Positions 1-9,918 of a DNA stretch of 64,000 nucleotides are shown here, piece by piece. The stretch is from Sminthopsis crassicaudata. Lineage: Eukaryota. A program made the translations under genes and the position numbers. Each line of letters opens with the position of its first letter. Position 1 is the first letter of the stretch. The notes below the pieces were generated by a model, which searched no databases, was not told the DNA's origin, and saw nothing but the letters and a program-made list of their open reading frames with translations. The stretch spans positions 464,223,261 through 464,287,260 of the forward strand of contig NC_133620.1 of assembly GCF_048593235.1 (NCBI RefSeq), written 5' to 3'.

Positions 1-1139
1 CTCCTCTTTTTACAGTTGAGGAAACTGAGGCACAAAGGAGCCAGAATGTAGAATCTGAACTCCAGTCTTTCTGAGTCCAGAACCAAGGAGGCAGCCGCCA
101 GCCCTGCCTCCTTTTTAGGTTCATCATCTAGTAAGGAAGAGCCATAAACAGGATGTTTATTCATACATTTCCACCTTATTTTGTGTCTTTCTCAGAATTT
201 CATCTCAGAAAACCTGAATATAACAGAATGTTTTGTGAGAAGGTCAGGGATGTCCGCTGAGACCAGCATGATAATATCTTGGCTTAAAAAATGTGGGAGA
301 GTTAGGATACATTATACTTAAGGGAAGGTCAGAGGTTGAGTTCCCAGGGGATGGGGAAGCTTACAAGACTTCAGATAATTTTTTTTTTTAATTGGTATTT
401 ACTAGACTTCTGAATTAATCTCTTCCCATTCCCCCAGGAATGGGAATTCCTTGGAGGAAACCCAAGATTTTCCAAGAGTCACAGCTGTGACTCTCAACCA
501 CCTGAATACTTCCATGAGAACTTGGGTTCTCTGTCTTCAGGATACAACTAAGGGATACTAAAAGATGAATATTCCAAAAGAATCTATTCTCATGTCTGGT
601 GGCACACCAGACTCCTCAAAAGCACATAAAGGCAGCTGTCCATCCAACATGAAGGGAAATCTGGGTACCTGATTCCTTCTCCTGCATCCTTATGGCCACT
701 TATGCCCCTGCTTTTCCAAGGGAAAGCGGTTTCATGTTCTCCCAAGTGTTCCCTTTTATAAGTACTAAGCCCCTCTTCCCTTTTCTAAACTCCCGTCCAT
801 GACTGTACTCAAAGACATCAAAATATACATTGATAATTCTTCAAAAAGGACCGAATCAGGGAATCTTTTCTCCCAAGATCAGAGAGGAGAGAAGAGTGAG
901 CAATGATGGTGGGAAGTTTTAAAGAAGGGAGTTCAAGTTGGATGACCTCATTCTTGTTTGTGAAACATGATTCTGGGTTTCTCTAAGTGTGGGTGGAGGT
1001 GGTTGGGGACAGGAAAAAAGAGAGACAGGAACCATCACTGTGTGGATGGCGATTGAGTGGGAAGATGCCTGAACTATGGCAACAACCCAGCTGATGCTAC
1101 CCATTGTAAATTTGTAATGGCTGAAATAAATTGAATTTG

Positions 1140-1940
1140 TCATTGAATTCATTTCCTCAATGAGCATTTATTAAGTGCCTACTGTCTTCCAGGTACTGTC
1201 TATACTAGTGCTAGGAATACAAAGATAAAAATGAAACAATTCCTGCCCTCAAAAAGCTTACATTCTATCGAGGGAAGGCAAAATACTACACAGTAAATAT
1301 TAAAAAATATATATTCACAATATCATTTCCAAGAGGGAGAGCACTAAAAACTTGGAAAGAGATGAATGAGATTAGGACTCATGTAAGAAGGGGTGCTTGA
1401 CCTGAGTTTTGAAGGAAGTCTTAGGAATTCTAAGAGGAAAATGTGAGAAAGTTGTAGCTTGGGAACCATGAAGACAGAAGATGGAATGTCATGTACATCC
1501 CTGCTTGCTGGAGTATTTAATCCCCAGACAATAATAGCATTCAATAACCTCTATAAAGACAGGCTGGAGCCAAAATTGTAAAGGGCTTTCCTGCATTTTG
1601 TCTTATAGATAACAAGTTTCCACCGGACCTTTGTGAGCAGGGCGATGACAGGGTCATCTGGGCTTTCGGAAGCTCAGCTTGAAGCTGGGCAGAGCTAAAA
1701 AGGTTTGTAGTAGATGGTGAGGTCCCATTAATTGGGACGAGGGAGATGTGAATAAAGAGAAGGCAACTTATCTTAAAAATACTGTGAATAGGGAATGAGC
1801 GAGATGGGACCGCCCATTGGATAGGTAGAGTCAAGGATAATACTAAGGCTTTAGGTGACTCACAGGAAGGAGGTCCCTTCCCCAATGGTAGGGAAAAGAT
1901 AACAAGCTTTAATTTAGATTTGTTGAGTTTGAGATGCTTA
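1140..1940 (-). mobile_element. L2 LINE 3' relic
   Basis: cattcattt...gagcatttattaagtgcctact...ctgccctcaaaaagcttacattct, typical of an antisense L2 3' end. Bounds approximate. Confidence 0.6.
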
Positions 1941-2892
1941 TGAGAAGGTTCCTCTTTCTAGGTTCAAAAGAATCCTGGGTAAAGGGGAGGAGGAGTTGGA
2001 AATGATGATCCAAGAGGTTCTTTAATGGTAATTTAGGACTTTTCAGCTTTTTTCTACTCATGAACCTGTTTCACCCTAAATTTTTTTACATGATCCCAAG
2101 TATATAAAATAGATATACAAATCAGAGATAATAAATCATCATTTCTTCACTCCCTCATTCAGTTACAAGACCCCATTATGGGGTTGTGGATCCTCAGTTT
2201 AAGCTGGGCTTTAAATAGCAAATAATTGTAAAGAATATTATGACTAGAATGCTAAATTATCTTGGCTGTACATTTCTGTTTTTAAAAAGGGGTTTATGGA
2301 ACAAAAAATTATTGAGAAGCATTGTAAAAATTGGATATGCTGGTAAAAATATCCATTAGATATTTGCTGATGTTAGTCTGAACTTAAACAGGAAGACTCA
2401 AGCTGCATATTGAGATTAGGGAAATATCTGTGTAGAGAGGAGAGTTAGATTCATAGGACAGAAACAGTATAGACAGAAGAGTCTATTGGACAGAGCATTA
2501 GAGTGTGTGCACTTACATATGAGAGAAATTACCAATGATTTGGAGATATTCAGAGTTCCCTTCTTCTAAACTACTGATTTTAACAAAAATTCAGCCTCTT
2601 GAAAGGCATTGTTGATAATGAGATTGCACTAACATTTTTTCTTCAAGAATCCAATCAATGGTCAAGTAGTCATCATATTTTACAGCTGGCTTGCTGACAA
2701 ATTCTTTGAATAGATTGCCAGAGGCTGGGGGTGGTCTGGGTATAGAAATGAGTATCTCTGTCCAAGGGTGACATGATGTCACTCTCAGTTCCTCATTGAA
2801 TATCTACCCTTTGAAGGATATACAAACTGGTGAGCCCACTGTCATGATTGTCTTTGGTTTAAGAGAGATGGCCATATACCAAGATAAAGTTG

Positions 2893-4210
2893 AAATGGGT
2901 TCATGATTTAGACATAAATATTGATATTATAAGCAAATTAGAAGAACAAAGAATAATCTCCTCTCAGATCTGTGGAGAAGGAAGGAATTTATGGCCAAAG
3001 AAGAACTAGAATAAATTATAAAATGCAAAATAGATAATTTTGATATATTAAAGTAAAAAATTTTTATACACACAAAACTAATGCAGACAAGAAGAGAAGC
3101 AATAAATTGGGAAACTATTTTTAACATTCAAGGGTTCTGATAAAGGTTTCATTTCTGAAATAGAGAATTGATTCAAATTGATAAGAATTCAAGCCATTCT
3201 CCAATTGATAAATGGTCAAAGGATATGAACAAATTTTCAGATGAAGAAATTGAAACTATTGCTAGTCACATGAAAAATGCTCTAAATCACTATTGATCAG
3301 AGAAATGCAAATTAAGACAACTCTAAGATACCACTAAACACTTTTCAAATTGGCTAAAATGACAGAGAAGATAACAATTAATGTTGGAAAGTTTGTGAGA
3401 AAACTGGAACACTAATACATTGTTGATGGAACTGTGAACAAATCTGGCCATTCTGGAGAGCAATTTGGAACTATGCTCAAAAAGTTATCAAACCGTGCAT
3501 ACCCTTTGACCCAGCAGTGTTACTACTGGGCTTATATATTAAAGAGATATTTAAGAAGGGAAAGGGACCCACATGTGCAAGAATGTTTGTGGCAGCCCTT
3601 TTTTGTGGTGGCAAGAAACTGGAAACTGAATGGATGCCCATTAGTTGGAGAATGATTGTATAAATTATGGTATATGAATATTATGGAATATTTTTGTTCT
3701 ATAAGAAATCATCAGCAGGATGATTTCAGAAAGGCCTGGAGAGACTTAAATAAACTGATGCTGAGTGAAATGAGCAGAAACAGGAGATCACTGTACACAG
3801 CAACAAGTTCATATGATGATCAATTCTGATGGACATGGTTCTCTTCGACAATCAGATGATTCAGGCCAGTTCCAATAATCTTGTGATGATGAGAGCCATC
3901 TCTACCCAGAAAGAGGATTGTGGGAACTGAGGGTGGACCAAAACACAGCATTTTCACTCTTTCTGTTGTGGTTTGCTTGGATTTTTTTTTTTTTTTTTTT
4001 TGTCATTTTTTTCTTTTTTAATCTGATTTTTCTTGGGCAGCAAGAGAATTATATAAATATATCTGCCTATATTGAATTTAACATATATTGGATCACTTGC
4101 TATCTAGGGGAGGGAGTGGGGGGAAAGAAGGGGGAATTGGAAGGAGAGTCAGTGCTGAAAAATTATCCTTGCATATGTTTTGAAAATAAGAAAAACTTCT
4201 ATAAAAAAGA
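2893..4210 (+). mobile_element. 5'-truncated, degraded LINE-1 (ORF2 3' end + 3' UTR)
   Basis: L1 ORF2 C-terminal signature region (ggaacactaatacattgttgatggaactgtgaac...) and marsupial L1 3' UTR ending in an A-rich tail; many stops. Bounds approximate. Confidence 0.85.
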
Positions 4211-4842
4211 GATGCCATCTTTTTATTAATAACATGCTGATCTTATTAATAAAATGATTAAATTACCCAGAGACGATGTTTCTTGAACCTTTTTTAATCA
4301 TCACACATAGGAATTGAGTCACCAATGAGAGTCCAGCAAAAGTGACTGAGAGGGAGAAGCCCAGATGGCAGGAAGAGCACCAGGAAAGAGTAGTAGTCTG
4401 AAAACACGGGGAAAAGACAGGCAAAAGGGATCTTGATCCATTTCAAAAGCTGCAAAAAGATCAAGAAGAATAAGGATTTGGAAAAGGTCATTAGATTTGG
4501 CCATTAAGAGATCACTGGTAACCTTAAAAAGAACAATTTGACATTTAGCAATCCTGGAACAAGATTAAAGAAATGATAGAGTGGGGGTTACCAGGGGATG
4601 TTTTACTAGTATAACAAGGTTATTAGATTGTATCATATTCAATCTGGTACTTGACTCATTTCCATATTTAATGTAATAGCTTTGAGCTCTAGGGTAATCC
4701 AGGATACATTTGCATATTTTTTCATTAATTAATAAAATTTCAACATATCTCTCAATCAAGTAAGCTCATAGCTTCCACTCTAGTTAATTAAATAGAATGT
4801 ATTTAATAAAATGGAGATACCTCCTTTCCCAACAGTGGTTCC

Positions 4843-5070
4843 TCATCTCTTTCTTTCTTTCTCCCTCTCTCTTTCCCTCCCTTTCTCCACCACTCTCTCT
4901 TTCCCTTTCTCCTTGTCTTTCTGTCTCTCTGTATCTCTTTCTTTTTCTCTCTTTCTATCTCTGTATCTCTTCCTCAATATACATGCATTTACATATAGCA
5001 ATATAAAGATACACTTATTTATATATGTAAATATAAATATATACATTTATATATGTATATGTATGGATTA
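4843..5070. repeat. CT-rich then AT-rich low-complexity/microsatellite tract
   Basis: (CT/TC)-rich run followed by (TA)-rich run; source of several spurious ORFs. Confidence 0.85.
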
Positions 5071-5679
5071 ACTTAATATCAAAGTTACTGGCTATACAAT
5101 TTAATGTGTAATCAATTATAACACAAAGACATAAATAACTACTTATGACATTTTAGTTGTGAGAATAATCACATTCAGAGTCACTTTAAACACCAATGTA
5201 ATTGCAGAAGATTTCTTACTTCTGGAAACACAGTTCTACCACTCAGAAATATGGAATAAAGTATCTTCTTGAAAATTTTTTTCATCCTCTTTGCAAGATA
5301 AAAATTTTAAAAGTTCAGTCACATGAGAAAAAGCCTGCTTCATTTTCTTTATCCTTTTTTCAACTGAGGCAGGAAAACAGTCTTAAATTCTCTCAAATTC
5401 AAAGGTCTCTTCAAACTGGGTTAAAACTGCCATTTCCACGGTATTCCATTTGACTCTTAAAGAAATAGCGACAGTATTTGTAATTATCTCTGACACTAAA
5501 ACAGATGATACACACATACTGAATGACAGAAGAGAATGGGTCCTTAGATTCCAGAGTAGTAGTGAGACATTAAAGGGGCAGACCATGGAGACAGGTTGGG
5601 TTATGTAGGTAAATGAAGAGAAAAAAAGGAAAATGGATTGGGAGAATAAGGTTAAGACAAGTGTCCAAAATGGCAGTCA

Positions 5680-5850
5680 GGAGGCAAGGTGGATACAATG
5701 CTGGTCCTAAAGTCAGGAAAACTCCTCTTACCGGGTTCAAATCTGGCCTCAGACTCTTACTAGCTAAGTAATCCTGGGTAAATCATTTTACTTTATTTGC
5801 CTCAGTTTCCTCATCTGTAAAATGAGCTGGAGAAAAAAATCAAAGCACTT
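5680..5850 (+). mobile_element. MAR1/MIR-type CORE-SINE
   Basis: B-box-like gggttcaaatctggcctcagac and CORE gcctcagtttcctcatctgtaaaatgag. Confidence 0.7.
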
Positions 5851-5854
5851 CAAT

Positions 5855-6395
5855 AATGAGTAATGGGTACTCCTTAATTGGGGAATGGCTGAACAAATTG
5901 TGGTATATGAATGTAATGGAATATTTTTGTTCTATAAGAAATTCCAAGCAGGCAGACTTCACAAAAACCTGGAACGATTCACATGAACTGATGCTGAGTG
6001 AAGTGAACAGAACCCGGAGAACATTGTACACAGTAATAGCAATATTGTATGATGAACAACTATAATAGACTTAGCTCTTCTCAGCAATGCAACGATCCAA
6101 GAATATTCTAAAGGACTCATGATGGAAAATGCTCACCACATTCAGAGAAAGAATTATGGAGTCAGAATGCAGATCGAAGCAGAACTCTTTCACTTTTGTT
6201 TTTTTCTTTCTCATGGTTTTCCCTTTCATTCTGATTCTTCTCTCACACCCTGATTAATGTGGAAATATGTTTCCATGATTGTACATGTATAATATATCAA
6301 ATTGCTGGAAAGGGAAGGAGAAAAAAATTAGAGTTCAAAATCTTACAAAGATGAATATTGAAAAGTATCTTTAAAGGTAATTAAGTAAAAAAGGA
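5855..6395 (+). mobile_element. LINE-1 3' fragment
   Basis: ggggaatggctgaacaaattgtggtatatgaatgtaatggaata... L1 ORF2 end/3' UTR, homologous to 3640-4200. Bounds approximate. Confidence 0.8.
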
Positions 6396-6689
6396 AAGAA
6401 AACCATAAGTGGAATTGTGAAGAGTTTGACATAACTAAAAAACAACAGAATGACAAAAAGTGACCATAGTTCACAAGAACCAAAAATAGGTTCAGTGTGA
6501 GAGAATGGAAGGGTTCAGAGAAGTTTATGCTTGGCAAATAGATTTTGGAAATTGTTCAGTTCCAAGAGAGGCAAAGATTTAAGATTTGATTGAACTTGAA
6601 TAGGATTGAAATAAGATACAGGAGGAATTATACATATCAACAAACTGTGTATTAGATTTGTTAGAAAGAGGGTAGTCAAAAGGTTCTAT

Positions 6690-6820
6690 GAAAGAGCACT
6701 GGTCCTGGTCAGGAGGACCATTTCAAGTCTGGCCTCAGATGCTTAACACTTACTAGCTGTATAATTCTGGACAAGTCGCTTAAGTTTAATTGCCTTTGGG
6801 ATAAAAAAAAAAAAAAAAAA
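6690..6820 (+). mobile_element. WSINE1-like SINE
   Basis: agagcactggtcctggtcaggaggacc...ctggcctcagatgcttaacacttactagctgt...polyA. Confidence 0.7.
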
Positions 6821-7169
6821 ATTGCTAGTCATTATAATTAGGTAGGGTTTTTTAAAAGAAAAATTCTTATTTTTACTAATGTCTTTAAAAAAGAAATCAC
6901 CTTCATTTCCTCATTTCCTAATCAATGAGCCATCCTTTGTAAGACAAACTAAAAAGAGAAAACTGAATATGCCTGTCTGACAGCATATGCTGTGTCTCAC
7001 ACCCATAGTTCCCTTCTCTGCAGAGAAGGAAACAAGATTCTTTCCCCAACTTTTCTCCAGAACAAGCTTACTCATTTTAATTATAAAGAATCCCATTATT
7101 TTTATGAGGGGAAGAGTTCTTTCTGTTTATATTGTTTTAGTGATTGTGCATATTGCTTTCATGGTTCTG

Positions 7170-7639
7170 TGTTGGGATTGCTGAGTGAGGACTGGGGTTG
7201 TCTGGATGGTGACAAGGTGAGAATTCAGGTTTTCTGGACAATTACAAGGTGAGAACTCAGGTTGACTTGATAGAGGGGGCAAGCTCATTGGCTGGGGTGG
7301 TTCTTCCCAGAAGCCCTTGCATTATCCCACGCCCATTCTCTGGGAGGATAAAAAGAGACAGCACTGGGCGCAGAGAGCAGATCGGCCTGGAGAAGGATAA
7401 GAGCTGGAGGAGATTCAGAGCCAGGATTCAAGAAGGAAGACTCTGAATTGCATCAGGCTTGACGGGGCTCTCTGCAGGAAGGGAAGTCACTTCTTTGGAC
7501 AAGAGTTAACAGCAACTGCCTGGAGACAACGGTTCGTTACAGGAAGAAGAATCTGTCGGAGAGATTTGAGTAGAAGACACAGCAGATCTCTTCCCAGAGA
7601 GCGCGATCCAGCAGCTTCTAGAGACAACAGCTCGCTACA
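7170..7639 (+). repeat. 5' LTR (470 bp)
   Basis: Starts TGTTGGG, ends GCTACA. Matches 10219-10688 except at 3 positions (ctctgAattg/ctctgCattg; ctCgCtaca/ctTgTtaca). Inverted CCAAT (ATTGG 7287-7291) and TATA-like GATAAAAAG (7347-7355). Confidence 0.97.
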
Positions 7640-7642
7640 ATT

Positions 7643-7660
7643 TGGCACCCAACGTGGGGC
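7643..7660 (+). other. Primer-binding site 1, tRNA-Lys1,2 (CUU) type
   Basis: TGGCACCCAACGTGGGGC versus canonical TGGCGCCCAACGTGGGGC (17/18; the mismatch is at a CpG). Lies 3 nt after the LTR-terminal CA. Confidence 0.92.
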
Positions 7661-7711
7661 AAGGACTTTTGCTTATCCTGACAAGAGGAGCTAGACCAGA
7701 CCTTCGCAATT

Positions 7712-7729
7712 TGGCGCCCAAACAGGGAC
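7712..7729 (+). other. Primer-binding site 2, tRNA-Lys3 (UUU) type
   Basis: TGGCGCCCAAACAGGGAC versus canonical TGGCGCCCGAACAGGGAC (17/18; the mismatch is at a CpG). Preceded by CA+ATT, like PBS1. Confidence 0.9.
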
Positions 7730-7794
7730 AGACACAGTCCTGATTCTAGTGGAAAAGCTTCAGATCTAGATCTCAGTCTCTCTGACCCAGAACC

Positions 7795-7800
7795 GTGAGT
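7795..7800 (+). promoter_or_regulatory. Candidate retroviral major splice donor (GTGAGT) in the leader
   Basis: gaacc|GTGAGTaa between the PBS and the gag ATG, the usual position. Confidence 0.55.
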
Positions 7801-7897
7801 AACGAGGAAACTTTGTTAAAGATTAAGTGAGCGTGCTAATAGATAAATAAGGAACTTAACTTGTTAAGGGCTAAACCAGGAATCTCTTATAGCTGAA

Positions 7898-9721
7898 ATG
7901 GGGCAGATGTTAGCTATATTCAATCCCTGGACCTCAGCTGACTCAACCTCAGCCCCAGAAGCAACCTCAGCTCCATTCAGGAGTGGTACTATAGAGAGTA
8001 TAATCAAGATAATTGAGGAGCAGAGTTTACTTGTAACCTGGGTACAGATTGCTAAACTCTTGGCTGCATTAAGACGTACATCCCCTTGGTTCTTAGAGGA
8101 AGAAAAGATAGATGTAGATAAATGGAAGCTAGTGGGATATGAAATGAAAGAATTTCAAGCAAAAAATGGGCCTCGTTCAATTTCTGCAGAAGTATTTTAT
8201 ATCTACAACATAGTTCAATTAGCCTTAAACTATCAAGCAAGTTGTAGGAGAAGGAAAAGTTTTAAAAATGAACAGAGGAGGAAGTGTGAGGAAAAAAGGA
8301 AAGATCAAGATCTTTCCCTAGAGCAAGAGGATTTAAATGAGGAATTATGGTATGATTCTCTTGAAGAAGCTTCAACCCTGCCTAGAGAACAGATTATTGA
8401 CAGGCCCACATCAACCCCACCTTCAGAGATGGAGGAAGAAAGAGGGGAAGAGGCAGAAACACAAACAGAATTGCCTGTGAAGAAGCCTAAGCCTATGACA
8501 AGATTAGAAAAAGCATTGGTTAAAGCTAAGAGAGAAGGACAGGATATAAGTGATTTTATACATGCATATCCTGTGATTGAAAATACTGACTCTGTAGGTA
8601 AAAAAAGGAGAAGATATGCACCTTTAGATTTGAATAAAATTAAGGATTTGAAAAAAGGTTGTACCCTTTATGGGGCTACATCAGCTTATGTCAAAATGTT
8701 ACTAGATGGTTTGTCTTATGAAGTCCTAACCCCGAATGATTGGAAATCCATAGCAAGGACATGTCTGGAACCTGGAGAAAATTTATTATGGCTTGCAGAA
8801 TTTCATGAATTATGTAAAATTCAAGTCAGATGCAATTTGGAAATAGGAGTTAACACACAATTCACTTTTGAGCACTTGGCTGGTGAAGGTCGGTATGGAG
8901 AGAATTCGGAACAGATTAATTATACCATGACAATATATGAGCAAATTGCTAAGGCTGCAATAAAAGCTTGGGGTGTCCTCCCTGGACAGAAAGATCGCGG
9001 AGAGGCTTTCACTAAAATACAGCAAGGTCCCAATGAACCTTTTGCAGATTTTGTGGGACGTTTGCAAACTGCTGTCAAAAGAACTATTGGAGAAAATGCA
9101 GCTACAGAAATAATGACCAGACATCTGGCTAAGGAAAATGCCAACGAGATTTGTAAAAGAATTATATGGGGATTAGACAAAGATGCTCCTTTAGAGGAGA
9201 TCATAAGACGCTGTGCTACAGTGGGAACAAATGCTTTTTACACCCGGACAATGATGAATGTGGAAAGACAGGGTCCCTCCTGGCAAGGGCCTTCTAGAGA
9301 AACTCGGCGATGTTTTCAATGTGGAAAAATTGGGCATCTAAGAGCTCAGTGTAGATATGGAGATACAGTGAGAAGACAGGGTGAGAGAAGACCTAAAACC
9401 CCATGTCCAAAATGCAACAGAGCACTCCATTGGGCATCAGAGTGTAGAATAATTCAGGGAAATGGGATGAGGGGCCCAGGTCCAGGGCCCCAGGCAAAAA
9501 AGACTTGGGGCATGATGGCAGCTGATGTTATACCCAAAGAGTCTTTAGAAGGCCAGGACTCTGATTTAATCAACCAGCAGAAAAGCAATCACATGGCAGA
9601 AAGGGATTACCTGATAAGTGAGTCAAAAGGCAATCAGATTGCAAAAATGGATTATACTTGGGGAGAATACAGGCCTTTTAAACCAACAGGGCTATGTCCA
9701 GTGCAAACAATTCCAATGTAA
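7898..9721 (+). CDS. gag: Betaretroviral Gag polyprotein (MA-p12-like-CA-NC), 607 aa, intact
   Basis: MGQ start. MA motif SPWFLEEEKIDVDKWKLVG resembles MPMV CPWFPQEGTIDIKRWRRVG. CA starts PVIEN and includes YGATSAY and LTPNDWKSIAR. Major homology region IQQGPNEPFADFVGRL. Two CCHC knuckles, CFQCGKIGHLRAQC and CPKCNRALHWASEC. Confidence 0.96.
   Translation: MGQMLAIFNPWTSADSTSAPEATSAPFRSGTIESIIKIIEEQSLLVTWVQIAKLLAALRRTSPWFLEEEKIDVDKWKLVGYEMKEFQAKNGPRSISAEVFYIYNIVQLALNYQASCRRRKSFKNEQRRKCEEKRKDQDLSLEQEDLNEELWYDSLEEASTLPREQIIDRPTSTPPSEMEEERGEEAETQTELPVKKPKPMTRLEKALVKAKREGQDISDFIHAYPVIENTDSVGKKRRRYAPLDLNKIKDLKKGCTLYGATSAYVKMLLDGLSYEVLTPNDWKSIARTCLEPGENLLWLAEFHELCKIQVRCNLEIGVNTQFTFEHLAGEGRYGENSEQINYTMTIYEQIAKAAIKAWGVLPGQKDRGEAFTKIQQGPNEPFADFVGRLQTAVKRTIGENAATEIMTRHLAKENANEICKRIIWGLDKDAPLEEIIRRCATVGTNAFYTRTMMNVERQGPSWQGPSRETRRCFQCGKIGHLRAQCRYGDTVRRQGERRPKTPCPKCNRALHWASECRIIQGNGMRGPGPGPQAKKTWGMMAADVIPKESLEGQDSDLINQQKSNHMAERDYLISESKGNQIAKMDYTWGEYRPFKPTGLCPVQTIPM
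9457..9491 (+). promoter_or_regulatory. -1 ribosomal frameshift signal (gag-pro type)
   Basis: Slippery heptamer G GGA AAT (9457-9463) in gag frame, 7-nt spacer, then stem GGGGCCC (9471-9477) / loop AGGTCCA / GGGCCCC (9485-9491). Confidence 0.8.
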
Positions 9722-9725
9722 TTGC

Positions 9726-9918
9726 CAGATGATGAGAAGAGATTTAGAAAGTGGTAAATAGAAGAAAATTAGATAGGTTAACTGCCTGGGGGAGAGGGTT
9801 TGCTTGTATTTCTTCAGCAGGAGAAGGAATCAGATGGGTGCCAACGAGTCATATTCGCCTTGTCCATCAGAGAGAGACAGAAAAAGAGAAAGATCTCAAA
9901 ATAAAGGAGAAGATCTAA
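9726..9918 (+). pseudogene. Decayed integrase C-terminal domain relic
   Basis: Translates as QMMRRDLESGK*KK, then with a frameshift LDRLTAWGRGFACISSAGEGIRWVPTSHIRLVHQ...*. Matches the betaretroviral IN CTD motif W..P..WGRG(F/Y)AC...W.P..H. Confidence 0.85.

Noticed and set aside
4797-5071. Three overlapping ORFs rich in Ser/Leu or Glu/Arg/Lys
   Set aside because: Translation of the CT/GA microsatellite.
7249-7446. ORF MRTQVDLIEG... (65 aa), and its 86-aa twin at 10298-10558
   Set aside because: Both lie entirely in the LTRs. The length difference is only the TGA/TGC LTR mismatch, there is no recognisable domain, and the start is a non-ATG codon.
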